A stretch of DNA of 64,000 nucleotides from Ostreococcus lucimarinus (taxonomy: Eukaryota). How positions within the stretch are numbered: the first letter of the stretch is position 1; every line of letters begins with the position of its first letter. This document shows, piece after piece, positions 1 to 9,002 of the stretch. A program made the translations under genes and the position numbers. Below the pieces are notes generated by a model. It saw nothing but the letters and a program-made list of their open reading frames with translations. It was not told the DNA's origin and ran no database searches. The stretch lies in NCBI GenBank assembly GCA_000092065.1, contig CP000589.1; one strand, given 5' to 3'.

Positions 1-1
1 T

Positions 2-496
2 CTCGAATCTGGCTTGTACTCTCGCACGTACCTTGAGAACCAAATGGCTGTCGCCATGGGTGGTCGCGTCGCCGAAGAACTCATCTTCGGCGCTGAAGAC
101 GTCACCACGGGCGCGTCCGGTGATTTCCAGCAAGTCACCCGCACCGCGCGTATGATGATCGAGCAAATGGGTTTCTCCAAGCGAATTGGTCAAATCGCCA
201 TCAAGTCTGGCGGCGGTAACTCTTTCCTTGGCAACGACATGGGTCGCGCCGCTGATTACTCCGCCGCCACCGCCGCCATCGTCGATGAAGAAGTCAAGAT
301 CTTGGTCACTGCGGCCTACCGCCGCGCCAAGGACTTGGTTCAATTGAACATGGACGTCTTGCACGCCGTCGCGGACGTGTTGATGGAGAAGGAGAACATC
401 GACGGCGACGAATTCGAGCGCATCATGCTCGGCGCCAAGTCGGAGCTCTACCTCAAGGCGGACGAGCCTTCGGTCGCAGTGCCGTACCAAAACTGA
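2..496 (+). CDS. FTSH: ATP-dependent zinc metalloprotease FtsH, thylakoid type (FtsH1/5-like). Only the C-terminal 164 codons are here; the 5' end is cut by the window edge.
   Basis: The translation LESGLYSRTYLENQMAVAMGGRVAEELIFG...VTTGASGDFQQV...ELYLK is collinear with the C-terminal peptidase M41 region of plant and cyanobacterial FtsH. The ORF-track M at 14 is a TTG. The frame continues to position 2. Confidence 0.9.
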   Translation, partial: LESGLYSRTYLENQMAVAMGGRVAEELIFGAEDVTTGASGDFQQVTRTARMMIEQMGFSKRIGQIAIKSGGGNSFLGNDMGRAADYSAATAAIVDEEVKILVTAAYRRAKDLVQLNMDVLHAVADVLMEKENIDGDEFERIMLGAKSELYLKADEPSVAVPYQN

Positions 497-965
497 TTCG
501 CGCGCCAAAAGCAACACATTCGAAACGATAGATGTATCTAATAGCAATTACAACTGACATGTAGTCGAACCATTCACCGTTGAACCGAACCGAACCGAAC
601 CGCGCTCGACGTTCGTCGTCGCGCGTCTCGTCTACTTCTTCCCCACGCGTCGCCCCGTCCCTCGGAACTTCCCTTTCCCGCGCGTCCGCCCGCGCCCGCC
701 GAACGCCTCTCGCAGATCATCCCTCACCCTTCGCACGCATCTCGACGCGAACGCGAACGCGTCGACGCCGTATCGCGCTTTAAAGTGCTCGTTCGCCGTC
801 TTCGCGAGCATCGCCATCAGACCAAACTTCACGACGGCGTCGCTCGACACCGCGGTGCGCCTCTTCGGGACGAGCGCCCCCGTCGCGCGGTCGAACGCGT
901 CGCCGACGGCGCCCGCGCGACGGGGCGCGCGTCGAGGCATGACGCGGCGAAGTGCGGCACCGCAC

Positions 966-1367
966 ATGGCGACTCGCAAGGTGACCATCGCGACGCTCAC
1001 GCGCGACGCGCGGTGCGAGACGCGCGACGACGGCGCGGTGACGTTCACGCTCGATCGGGCGCGATCGGGCGCGCGCGCGACGGCGCTGCGCGCGGTGTGG
1101 ACGCAGGGCGAGGCGATGGAGGACGACGGGGCGCGCCTCATCGTGCGCGACGGTGACGCGCGCGTGCGCGTGCGACGACGCGCGACGGCGACGGCGGTGC
1201 GCGAGGGGACGTACGTGTGCGTGCGGGGCGAGCCGGCGCGCGCGAGCGACGGAGAGGTGGAACTGGCGAACGCGGTGGTGGCGGCGGCGGAGGACGCGGG
1301 ACGACGCGAGGCGTGGAGCGACGAGTGCGCGGAGGCGTGGCGCGCGATCGAGCGGCTCGAGGGATGA
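966..1367 (+). CDS. Hypothetical small protein of 133 aa, possibly an OB-fold-like protein (Ten1/RPA3-like size).
   Basis: An ATG sits at 966 inside ORF 855..1367. The protein MATRKVTIATL...GTYVCVRGEP...ELANAVV has non-trivial composition and is flanked by AT-rich UTR-like sequence. I cannot assign a family. Confidence 0.3.
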   Translation: MATRKVTIATLTRDARCETRDDGAVTFTLDRARSGARATALRAVWTQGEAMEDDGARLIVRDGDARVRVRRRATATAVREGTYVCVRGEPARASDGEVELANAVVAAAEDAGRREAWSDECAEAWRAIERLEG

Positions 1368-1550
1368 TCGCGTGTGTATCAAAACCATTCCAGCACATGC
1401 ACCTGTTGGAGACAATGTCTAATAGACCGCCTCGGGAACGCGGACGTCTCGCAGGAAAAAGCCAGACTTTTGATTCGGCGCGTAGCGTAGCGTATCGCGT
1501 AAGAATGATGATGTACATGTAACAACAGATGTAAAACTAAGGTGAATGTT

Positions 1551-2651
1551 TCAAAAGAATCGATCGTTCGTGGCGTTGAACTCGATTCGCAGGCGCGGCC
1601 GACCGCGCGGTCCCGTTCGACGACTCGGTTCGCTTTGCGCTTCTCGAGAGACGGGCAAGGACAGCACGGGATATTGCGTGATGAATCGCACGACTTGGTG
1701 TAATGGGTGCGTAAGCGAGACGAGCGCGCTGAGCGGGCCGCTGCACAACCCCAGAAGCGCGCGTCCGACGCCCGCGATGGGCTCGGCGATTCGCGGCGCC
1801 ATTTCGGGCTCCGCCGTCACCGCCGCGGACGCCATGAGATCGATCCCAATCTCGCTCAATCCCGCACCGAGGTACAAAAACACAAACAAACTGTGCGTCC
1901 ACTCGCACGCGTGGCTAAAAGTCGCGAGCGAGCGGAAGAACCGATTCCCCTTTCTGATCTCTCGGTTGGCCCAAATCCGCGCCTCGTTCGCCGACACCAC
2001 GGGCACCAACTGCCTCGGCCTCGTCAGCGTCTCCGCGTCGTCCCCCCCGAGCACCGTATTCAACACCGTTCGCAGCGCGAACTTCGCGTACTGCTCCACG
2101 CGATCGTGCGCGCACGGCGAGAACCACTGCGCCAGCCTCGCCGCCGCCGGCGCCTTGGCCAACGCGAACGTCTCCCCGCACACCCGACACGCGTTCTCCT
2201 CCACGCCGTGCGTGCGCAGCGACACGCGCTGCCACCGCCTGAGACAGTGCACGTGTACGAACGCCGCCGTTCCCGCGCACGCGCACGGGCTCACGAGATC
2301 GCCGCGCGGCTCGAAGCAAAATCGACAACTCGGCCGCGCGGCTTCGTCGCCGTCCTCGTCGCCGTCGTCCTCCTCGTCCTCCATCGCCGTCGTCGCCGCC
2401 GTCTTCGCGCTCGCGCGCGCGCTCGACGTTCGTCGACGTCCCTCCGCGCTCGCGAACCACCGTCTCGCGCGCGCGTCGTCGTCGCCGTCGTCGTCGTCGT
2501 CGCCGTCGCGAATTCTGTCGAGCGCGCGCTCGTCAACCTCGAGCGCGAGCGCGAGCGCGTCCCGCGCGCGCCGCGACGCCGCGGCGCGCTCGCGATCGGC
2601 GCGCGCCTTGACCGCGCACGCCGCGCACGCGACGAGCGCGAGCGGGAGCAT
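1551..2651 (-). CDS. RING-CH (MARCH-type, C4HC3) zinc-finger membrane E3 ubiquitin ligase.
   Basis: CRFCFEP...LVSPCACAGTAAFVHVHCLRRW...CRVCGETF is a RING-variant C4HC3 signature, and hydrophobic segments follow it. An alternative ATG at 2384 (MEDEEDD...) may be the real start. Confidence 0.6.
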   Translation of the reverse strand: MLPLALVACAACAVKARADRERAAASRRARDALALALEVDERALDRIRDGDDDDDGDDDARARRWFASAEGRRRTSSARASAKTAATTAMEDEEDDGDEDGDEAARPSCRFCFEPRGDLVSPCACAGTAAFVHVHCLRRWQRVSLRTHGVEENACRVCGETFALAKAPAAARLAQWFSPCAHDRVEQYAKFALRTVLNTVLGGDDAETLTRPRQLVPVVSANEARIWANREIRKGNRFFRSLATFSHACEWTHSLFVFLYLGAGLSEIGIDLMASAAVTAEPEMAPRIAEPIAGVGRALLGLCSGPLSALVSLTHPLHQVVRFITQYPVLSLPVSREAQSEPSRRTGPRGRPRLRIEFNATNDRFF

Positions 2652-3349
2652 GGCGCGCGCGAGTCGGTGCCGTCACACGTCGACGTGTGACGGCACGCGC
2701 GCGCGCGGCGCTCGCCGCGCGATGCGGCGACGACGGCGCTCGCGCGCGCGCGCGCGCGCGGTGGTCATCGCGTGCGTCGTCGCCGCGCTGTGCGCGGGGT
2801 GCGAGGTGCGCGCGCGACGCCGCGGGCGCGCGAAGGCGACGTCGCGAACATCGTTGACGCGACGACGAACGACTGACGACGACGACGCGACGACGGGGGC
2901 TCGCGACGCGCGCAGGGCGCGAGCGGGAATAAAAAACGACGGCAGCGCGCGCACCGCGCGAATTCGCTCGATCGAGAGCTGTCGGTGAAGCGGGAGGCGT
3001 GCGCGGCGAGCGCGCGCGCGGAGCGGCCCGAGTGCGACGACGGGGACGACGCGTCGGTGATGGAGAATTGCGTGTTGAGGTGCGCGAGCGCGAGTTGTTA
3101 CGACGAAGTGTACGGACGCGATGCGCTGGAGGAGGGAGAGGTGGACACGGAGCGTGGACGGGCGTTTCGGTCGTGCGCGAGGGAGGAGTTGAGGCGGTTG
3201 CGCGGGTATCAGACGTTCGGGACGGAGTGACGCGACGACGGCCGTTTCGCGACGCGCGCGTTCGCGCCGTCGCGCGCGCGAACGCGCGCGTAGTCGTAGA
3301 CGTAGTGTAGTGAAGTGAATTAAAATTAGACAGCGGCGCGTGAACAAAT

Positions 3350-4012
3350 CTACTTTTCCTCAACCGCCGACGACTCGTCGCCGACGACGTCCGCCTCACC
3401 CGCGAACACCCCCTTCTGCGCGTACACCACCGCCATGAGCAGCACATCCGCCGAAAACACCCCCGCAAACGATTTCCACACGAACGGAATCAACACGTTC
3501 ACCAACGGCATCGCCACAAACAACAAATTCAACGCGTCCTTTTCCTTGGCGTCGCAGTCCCGCGCCCGCAGGCTCGGCACCGTAAACATCCACAAGCTCC
3601 ACATCCCCATCAACCGCGCGATCGACGGTTCATCCGACGGATATATCACATTAAACGCCAACAATCCACCGACGATGACGGCCAGATACGCCTGTACCTC
3701 GAACACCGTGTACAAAACGCTTCCCTTGTACGCCGGGTTCTTCTTCTTCTTCGCCTCCCCCGACGAGCTCGGCGCGAACGTCGTCGCCGTCTTCTTGACG
3801 AACTTGCTCAGATTGCGCTCGAGTTCGGCGTCGGTGATGCTCTTCGTTTTATCGTCGTCCGTGTCCGTCGTCGCGCGCGTCGTCGTCGTCGTCGCGCGTT
3901 CGACGCGCGCGAGGTGCGTCGTCGTCGTCGTCGTCATCGCGCGTCTGTTTCGCGCGCGCGCGCTCGCGGGCGCACCGCGCGCGACGCCGAGGCGCGCACC
4001 GATCGTCATCAT
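3350..4012 (-). CDS. Conserved small membrane protein with two C-terminal TM helices, probably chloroplast-targeted. Function unknown.
   Basis: Only the last 220 codons of ORF 3350..5017 look protein-like. The N-terminus (MMTIGARLGVARG...) is rich in Ala, Arg and Thr, like a transit peptide, and is followed by a poly-Thr run. Then comes a KKKK stretch and two hydrophobic helices (VLYTVFEVQAYLAVIVGGLLAF, LLFVAMPLVNVLIPFVW). The upstream part of the ORF overlaps the opposite-strand gene and is spurious. Confidence 0.5.
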   Translation of the reverse strand: MMTIGARLGVARGAPASARARNRRAMTTTTTTHLARVERATTTTTRATTDTDDDKTKSITDAELERNLSKFVKKTATTFAPSSSGEAKKKKNPAYKGSVLYTVFEVQAYLAVIVGGLLAFNVIYPSDEPSIARLMGMWSLWMFTVPSLRARDCDAKEKDALNLLFVAMPLVNVLIPFVWKSFAGVFSADVLLMAVVYAQKGVFAGEADVVGDESSAVEEK

Positions 4013-4368
4013 CGCGCGCGACGTTCGCGCGCCGTTCGCGCGGCGTCGTGTGCGGCGCGGCGCGCGTCGATCGCGTCGGTGGATAACATTGGCGCCGCGC
4101 GCGAGTGTCAAATCTCTCGACGTCGCGACGACGCGCGGCACACGCGCGCGCGGCGACGCCGAGCGCGCGCGCCAACGGCGAGGATGGTGCGCGCGAACGA
4201 TGCGCGTCGAACGGCGCGCGCGATGCGCGCTCGCGACGCGCGCGCGCGCGCGGCGGGAGATGATTGCGTCGAACGAACGAATGCGCGACGACGCGTTCGA
4301 CGCGCTGACGACGACGCGATGAGGGACTGACGACGGCGCGAACGCGCGAACGCGCGCAGAGTTCGTTC

Positions 4369-5055
4369 GTGAAAGCGGGGTCGTACGACCCGACGCTCGT
4401 GGACGTGGAGCTGACGGCGGAGGAGGCGAAGACGCGGGCCAACCGCCGGGACGCGTTTCGGGAGCACCTGCGCGCGACGCTCGCGGAGAAGGAGCTCGTG
4501 GGGGCGTTCGCGAAGATGTATAGGATGAATGAGAAACCGAAGGATCCGTTACAGTGGTTGCTGGATTACTTTGAACGCGATCAGAGGGAGCATATACGAC
4601 GCGCGGAGGAGACGGCGGAGACGTATCGCTCAGAGTTGCTGAGAGCGGAACAAGAGCGGGATTCGTTGATCGCGAAGATGGAAGTGATGCGGCAAAAGGT
4701 GAGCAATTTGGAGCGCACGGTGCAGGAGCTTCGCGACGGAGGGCGCAAGCACGTCGTGGGAGTGTACGGTGGGGAGGAGATGCCCACGGGGGCCGACGCA
4801 CCCGCGCCCGCCGAAAAGGAGAACGACAAAAAGGAGAAGAAGGAGAAGAAAGAGAAGAAGGAGAAGAAGGAGAAGAAAGAGAAGAAAGAGAAGAAGGAAA
4901 AGGAGAGCGCGGCGAGGCCTCCATCCGATGATGAGTTTTTCGGCAACTCGAAGGAAACCTTCGGGTCGATGAAAATGAAGACGACTCCCGATATGTTCGA
5001 CGACAGCGACAGCTCAAGCCTACCGAAACAACAATCTCTTCGCGATCAAGTGTAA
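4369..5055 (+). CDS. Coiled-coil protein with a Dpy-30/RIIa-like dimerisation motif and a C-terminal (KEKKE)n repeat. The start is uncertain.
   Basis: The motif PKDPLQWLLDYFE resembles a Dpy-30/RIIa docking helix, and a heptad-rich stretch follows. The ORF-track start is a GTG, so the true ATG is probably in an upstream exon. Codon usage is visibly less GC3-biased than in neighbouring genes. Confidence 0.5.
   Translation: MKAGSYDPTLVDVELTAEEAKTRANRRDAFREHLRATLAEKELVGAFAKMYRMNEKPKDPLQWLLDYFERDQREHIRRAEETAETYRSELLRAEQERDSLIAKMEVMRQKVSNLERTVQELRDGGRKHVVGVYGGEEMPTGADAPAPAEKENDKKEKKEKKEKKEKKEKKEKKEKKEKESAARPPSDDEFFGNSKETFGSMKMKTTPDMFDDSDSSSLPKQQSLRDQV
4804..4905 (+). repeat. (AAGGAGAAGAAG)-type purine repeat encoding a (KEKKE)n tail.
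   Basis: It encodes KKEKKEKKEKKEKKEKKEKKEKKEKE at the C-terminus of the 4369..5055 gene. Confidence 0.8.
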
Positions 5056-5297
5056 TCGTGTATGTATTCTCAAGCTAAACGATCCGTTCGTGTGCGTCGC
5101 CATCGCTCGGTCGTTTTTTGTGCGGGCGCACGAGTGCCGCCACGACGGGCGCGGGAAAAAGAAGGTAAGAGTGTGTATGGGCAAGCGGTACGCGAACGGC
5201 ACCCGTTTGAACGGCACCGATGTGAAAATGTCTGTTCGCGAAATGTCTGTTCGCGGCGGGACGCGGCGAAGGGAAACTAATGTAAAACGACAAGAGG

Positions 5298-8200
5298 CTA
5301 GGTGTACAGTGAATCGGCGAAGACGATGCCGTGGCGCAGACTCTCCGCGCCTTGCTCGAACTTTTTCGCCAAGCCGTCGTCGCCGACGGCGACGCACGAG
5401 CGATGTAATTCCATCATGAGTTCGTCCAGGCGACGCATGGCGCGAATGATGGTGCCCTCGAATAGATCTGTCTTTTTGACGATTTCGGAAAACGGTTCGC
5501 CTTTGGCCCAGCAGTACACGATTTCGACCATGGTTGGCTTGAATGATTCGACGAAGTCGTCGACTTCGATGTCGATTTTACACTCTTTTTGTACGTTGCC
5601 AATTTCTCGAGCGGCGTCCTGAAGGGCTTTGAGCGGCTTCGCGAGCGCCTTTGCGGATTTATCCATGTTCGATGTGTTGCTTTTCTCTACGGGCATGAAG
5701 CACGACGCCAAGGCAACGAGCTCGTGAGGGCTTAGACCGGCGAATACGCCATTGAACATGAGCTCGGTGACTAGGAGTTCGTCAGCGGTGTCGATTTCGC
5801 ACGCGGCGCGACCTTTCGTCAAAACGACGCCATCATTGTCGATGTGCCCGAGTTTCTTCAAAACTCGACTTCGCGCGCTCAAATCGTCGCGGAACTTTGT
5901 CAACTCGCTCGATTGAATCTGTGTCTCCAGTCTCGACGCTTCAGCGAGGAGCTCTGATTTCTGCTCGATGACGTCGATTTTTGCCGTCATTTCGCTGCGC
6001 TCGAGCGCATCCGCTTCGCTGTACAACGCGTGCGAGTGGAACTTGTCGCGTAACGCGCCAAGTGAACGGTATGTGCGCACAAATGCGACGTCATTAATCC
6101 CCATATCATCGACAGGATGTATTTGCGGAATCACCTGGCCTTTTTCGGTGAGTTTCTTCGTAACAGTTTCGACGGCAATCCAAACGCTTTCGCGCGCTTC
6201 TTTCGTGCGCAAATCACCTGGAAGCGTGAAGCGCATCGCGCTAATAGCATCAACGAGATGTGTGCCCACAGGTACGATTTCCGTTGTGTTCATCTTCAGA
6301 TTCTTTGCGTCCGCAGGCGCAAGTCTACCCTCTGCCGCGCCTGGACCGCAACGAAGCAAACAGTCGAGCACGTGTACGTCGCCACCCTTCGCATCTTTAA
6401 CTGTGGAAACTTGGATGACAACACCCCACCCCCAATTCGTGTCGCCATCTCTTATGCGAACTAGTCTACCCGAAGTGAAGAATCGCAAGCAGTTTGCCGG
6501 TTGGAGCATCGTGCGCAAGACCACTTTCTCGGCTTCGCGATAATCGCGTCTGAGTTTGATATACTCTTGAATCTCTTCGCTACCCACCGACTTTATCTTC
6601 GCCGCCTCCTGTTGTACTTCAGTGAGCCGAGCCTTTAATTCTGGTAACTGTTTGGCGTGCTGAAACTGATGAAACGAGCGAGCGATGACGTACTCTGCGT
6701 CAATCGTCCCCGTCGCGCGTTTTAAGAGGTTCAAAATACTGTAATAACTCAGCTTAAACTCTGAGTTCAACGGCTGCGGCTTCCCAAGAATCATCTCCTT
6801 CATCGCGTGTTCTTCCATGCGCTCATCGCACATGACGATGCAGATACCACGGTCGTCTTTACCACGTCGACCAGCTCGGCCGGACATTTGCGTATACTCT
6901 CCGGGCGCGAGAACGCGCATATCGGTGCCATCAAACTTTTTAACAGCGGTGAAAATGACGGTTCTCGCCGGCATATTCAGTCCCATGGCGAACGTCTCAG
7001 TTGCAAATAAGCACTTAATCAGCGACTCGCCGAACAGAATTTCTATGAGCTCCTTCAAAACCGGAAGTAAACCACTGTGATGAATGCCGATGCCCGCCTC
7101 GAGCAATGGCAAAATCGCTTGCACCGCCGTCAACTGACGGTCTTCTTCGGACAAATTCAGCAGTGCGGCGTTGTACACCTCACGAACCTGCTCAGCCTCC
7201 TCGGGAGTGTTGAAATTCAATTTTGACACGAATTTGGCGTACTCTTCGCACTCGCGTCGGCTAAAACTAAACACGATGACGGGGAAGAAGGTTTTCTCCT
7301 TCACCATACGCACGATGCGCAAAATATCGGCGTCCGCCATCGACCCGCCGCCGCGACCGCCACCGCCACCGCCACGACCGCCGCCGCCGCCGCGTGCGCG
7401 TCCACCGCCACGACCGCGACCGCGACCGCCGCCTCCTGAACCACCGCTCTTCTCAGCCCCATCCGCGATCGCCTGCTGCAACCTCGCAAAATTGTCCGAA
7501 CGAAACTGACTCTGCTCGTTGACGACTAAATGTAAACCGCTCCCGCCCTTGGGAAACGCGTAATGCTGCAGCGGCGTCGGTCGATGATCCGTGTACACCA
7601 CGTGACACGGATGATTATGTAAGCTCGTCACCCACTGCGCGAACTCGAGCGCATTCGGCAGCGTGGCGCTCAAAAACACCAACCGCGCGTCCTTCGGCGC
7701 AAAGATGATCGACTCTTCCCACACCACCCCGCGTTCTCTGTCCCGCATGTAATGCACCTCGTCGAACACGATCCACTTCACCTCGCGAATTACGTCCCCG
7801 CCTCGATATAACATCGACCGCAGCACCTCCGTCGTCATCACGATGCACGTACTATTCGGATTAATCGACGCGTCCCCCGTCATCAACCCGACGTCGCCGA
7901 ATTCCTCGCTCAACTCCCGATACTTTTGATTACTCAGCGCCTTCAACGGCGACGTATATATCACCCGCTGTTTATCCCGAAACGCCATCGCGATCGCGTA
8001 TTCCGCCACCACCGTCTTCCCCGCCGACGTGTGCGCGGCGACGAGCACGCTTTCGTTTCGTTCCAGCACCGCCGTCGCCGCGCGCTGAAACGCGTCCAGC
8101 TCGAACGGGTACTCCTTCGCCCTCGCGCCGTCGTACCGCGGGTCCCGCAGCGCTTTCACGTCGCCGACCCAGTCTCGCGGCACCGCGACTTCGTGCACGC

Positions 8201-8369
8201 AGCTCGTCCTCGCGCGCGCGCGCGCGTCGCCGTCGTCGTCGCCGCCGCCGTCCGCGATTCCATCCGCCGCCGCCTCCGTCGCCTTGCGTCGCTTCGCCGC
8301 GTCGCGCGCGCGCGCCGAGTGTTCGGACGCGCGCGCGTTCGCGCACTCGAGCTCGGCCGTCGCGGACAT
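5298..8369 (-). CDS. MTR4: Mtr4-like (Ski2 family, DExH-box) exosome RNA helicase.
   Basis: The motifs AHTSAGKT (Walker A), DEVH and SAT are present, along with an arch/KOW region and a DSHCT-like C-terminus ending in ...GIVFADSLYT. An ATG at 8369 (MSATAELE...) lies inside ORF 5298..8615. A 37-residue Gly/Arg-rich insertion sits between the two RecA lobes. Confidence 0.9.
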   Translation of the reverse strand: MSATAELECANARASEHSARARDAAKRRKATEAAADGIADGGGDDDGDARARARTSCVHEVAVPRDWVGDVKALRDPRYDGARAKEYPFELDAFQRAATAVLERNESVLVAAHTSAGKTVVAEYAIAMAFRDKQRVIYTSPLKALSNQKYRELSEEFGDVGLMTGDASINPNSTCIVMTTEVLRSMLYRGGDVIREVKWIVFDEVHYMRDRERGVVWEESIIFAPKDARLVFLSATLPNALEFAQWVTSLHNHPCHVVYTDHRPTPLQHYAFPKGGSGLHLVVNEQSQFRSDNFARLQQAIADGAEKSGGSGGGGRGRGRGGGRARGGGGGRGGGGGGRGGGSMADADILRIVRMVKEKTFFPVIVFSFSRRECEEYAKFVSKLNFNTPEEAEQVREVYNAALLNLSEEDRQLTAVQAILPLLEAGIGIHHSGLLPVLKELIEILFGESLIKCLFATETFAMGLNMPARTVIFTAVKKFDGTDMRVLAPGEYTQMSGRAGRRGKDDRGICIVMCDERMEEHAMKEMILGKPQPLNSEFKLSYYSILNLLKRATGTIDAEYVIARSFHQFQHAKQLPELKARLTEVQQEAAKIKSVGSEEIQEYIKLRRDYREAEKVVLRTMLQPANCLRFFTSGRLVRIRDGDTNWGWGVVIQVSTVKDAKGGDVHVLDCLLRCGPGAAEGRLAPADAKNLKMNTTEIVPVGTHLVDAISAMRFTLPGDLRTKEARESVWIAVETVTKKLTEKGQVIPQIHPVDDMGINDVAFVRTYRSLGALRDKFHSHALYSEADALERSEMTAKIDVIEQKSELLAEASRLETQIQSSELTKFRDDLSARSRVLKKLGHIDNDGVVLTKGRAACEIDTADELLVTELMFNGVFAGLSPHELVALASCFMPVEKSNTSNMDKSAKALAKPLKALQDAAREIGNVQKECKIDIEVDDFVESFKPTMVEIVYCWAKGEPFSEIVKKTDLFEGTIIRAMRRLDELMMELHRSCVAVGDDGLAKKFEQGAESLRHGIVFADSLYT
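7341..7452 (-). repeat. GC-rich Gly/Arg (RGG-like) coding repeat inserted in the MTR4 helicase core.
   Basis: It encodes SGGSGGGGRGRGRGGGRARGGGGGRGGGGGGRGGGS between the two RecA-like lobes. The opposite strand reads as poly-Pro. Confidence 0.8.
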
Positions 8370-8513
8370 CGCGCGCGTCGCGCGCGCGCGTGCCGCGCGC
8401 GCGCGTCGACGAATGTCGCCGACACTCGCCGACGCGACGTTCGGCGTCGCGCGCGCGCGCGCGCGCCGCGGCGACGCCGACGCGCTCGCGGCGACGCGCG
8501 ACCGTCGCGCGCG

Positions 8514-8939
8514 ATGTCGGACGACGACGCGTCGTCGGACGGCGAGGTGTACGCGAACGGCGTCGCGTTCGCGCGCGCGGCGTCCTGGCTCGGCGCGGCG
8601 TCGACGCTCACGCACGACGCGTTCGCGGCGGTGGAGACGCGCGAGAGCGCGCGCGAGGCCGCGGCGCGCGCGCCGCGGTTAGGGCTGGGGGCGACGCGGT
8701 CGAGGGCGAAGGCGACGTGGGAGGAGACGGCGAATCAGGGGGCGACGGCGACGGCGCTGCGCAAGGCGTTGGCGCGAGGACGGCGAGAGGGCGACGGCGA
8801 TGGGAAGCGCGAAAGGGATCGGGCCGCGCGCGAAGAGAGCGAAAGCGAGAGTGAGGACGATCGGTCGAGGGCGGTGGCGCGGGAGAAGAAACGGAAGGGT
8901 AAGATTGGCGTGTACGGCGGAGGGAAACGCGCGAAGTGA
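8514..8939 (+). CDS. Candidate small basic/acidic protein of 141 aa, diverging from MTR4. This is speculative.
   Basis: An ATG at 8514 lies in frame within ORF 7926..8939. The C-terminal third uses AT-containing codons (aag, aaa, att, agt), which is atypical for GC-driven noise in this window. No recognisable domain is present. Confidence 0.25.
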   Translation: MSDDDASSDGEVYANGVAFARAASWLGAASTLTHDAFAAVETRESAREAAARAPRLGLGATRSRAKATWEETANQGATATALRKALARGRREGDGDGKRERDRAAREESESESEDDRSRAVAREKKRKGKIGVYGGGKRAK

Positions 8940-9002
8940 CGGCGAGAACGAAGAACGCCGTGTAATGCTACTGTTGTGTAATGTGATTTGAATGGTCCTA
9001 CT

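Noticed and set aside
3350-5017. Treating the whole 555-aa minus-strand ORF as one protein.
   Set aside because: The upstream two-thirds is Ser/Pro/Arg-rich noise overlapping the plus-strand 4369..5055 gene. Only the last 220 codons, from the ATG at 4012, look like a real transit peptide plus membrane domain.
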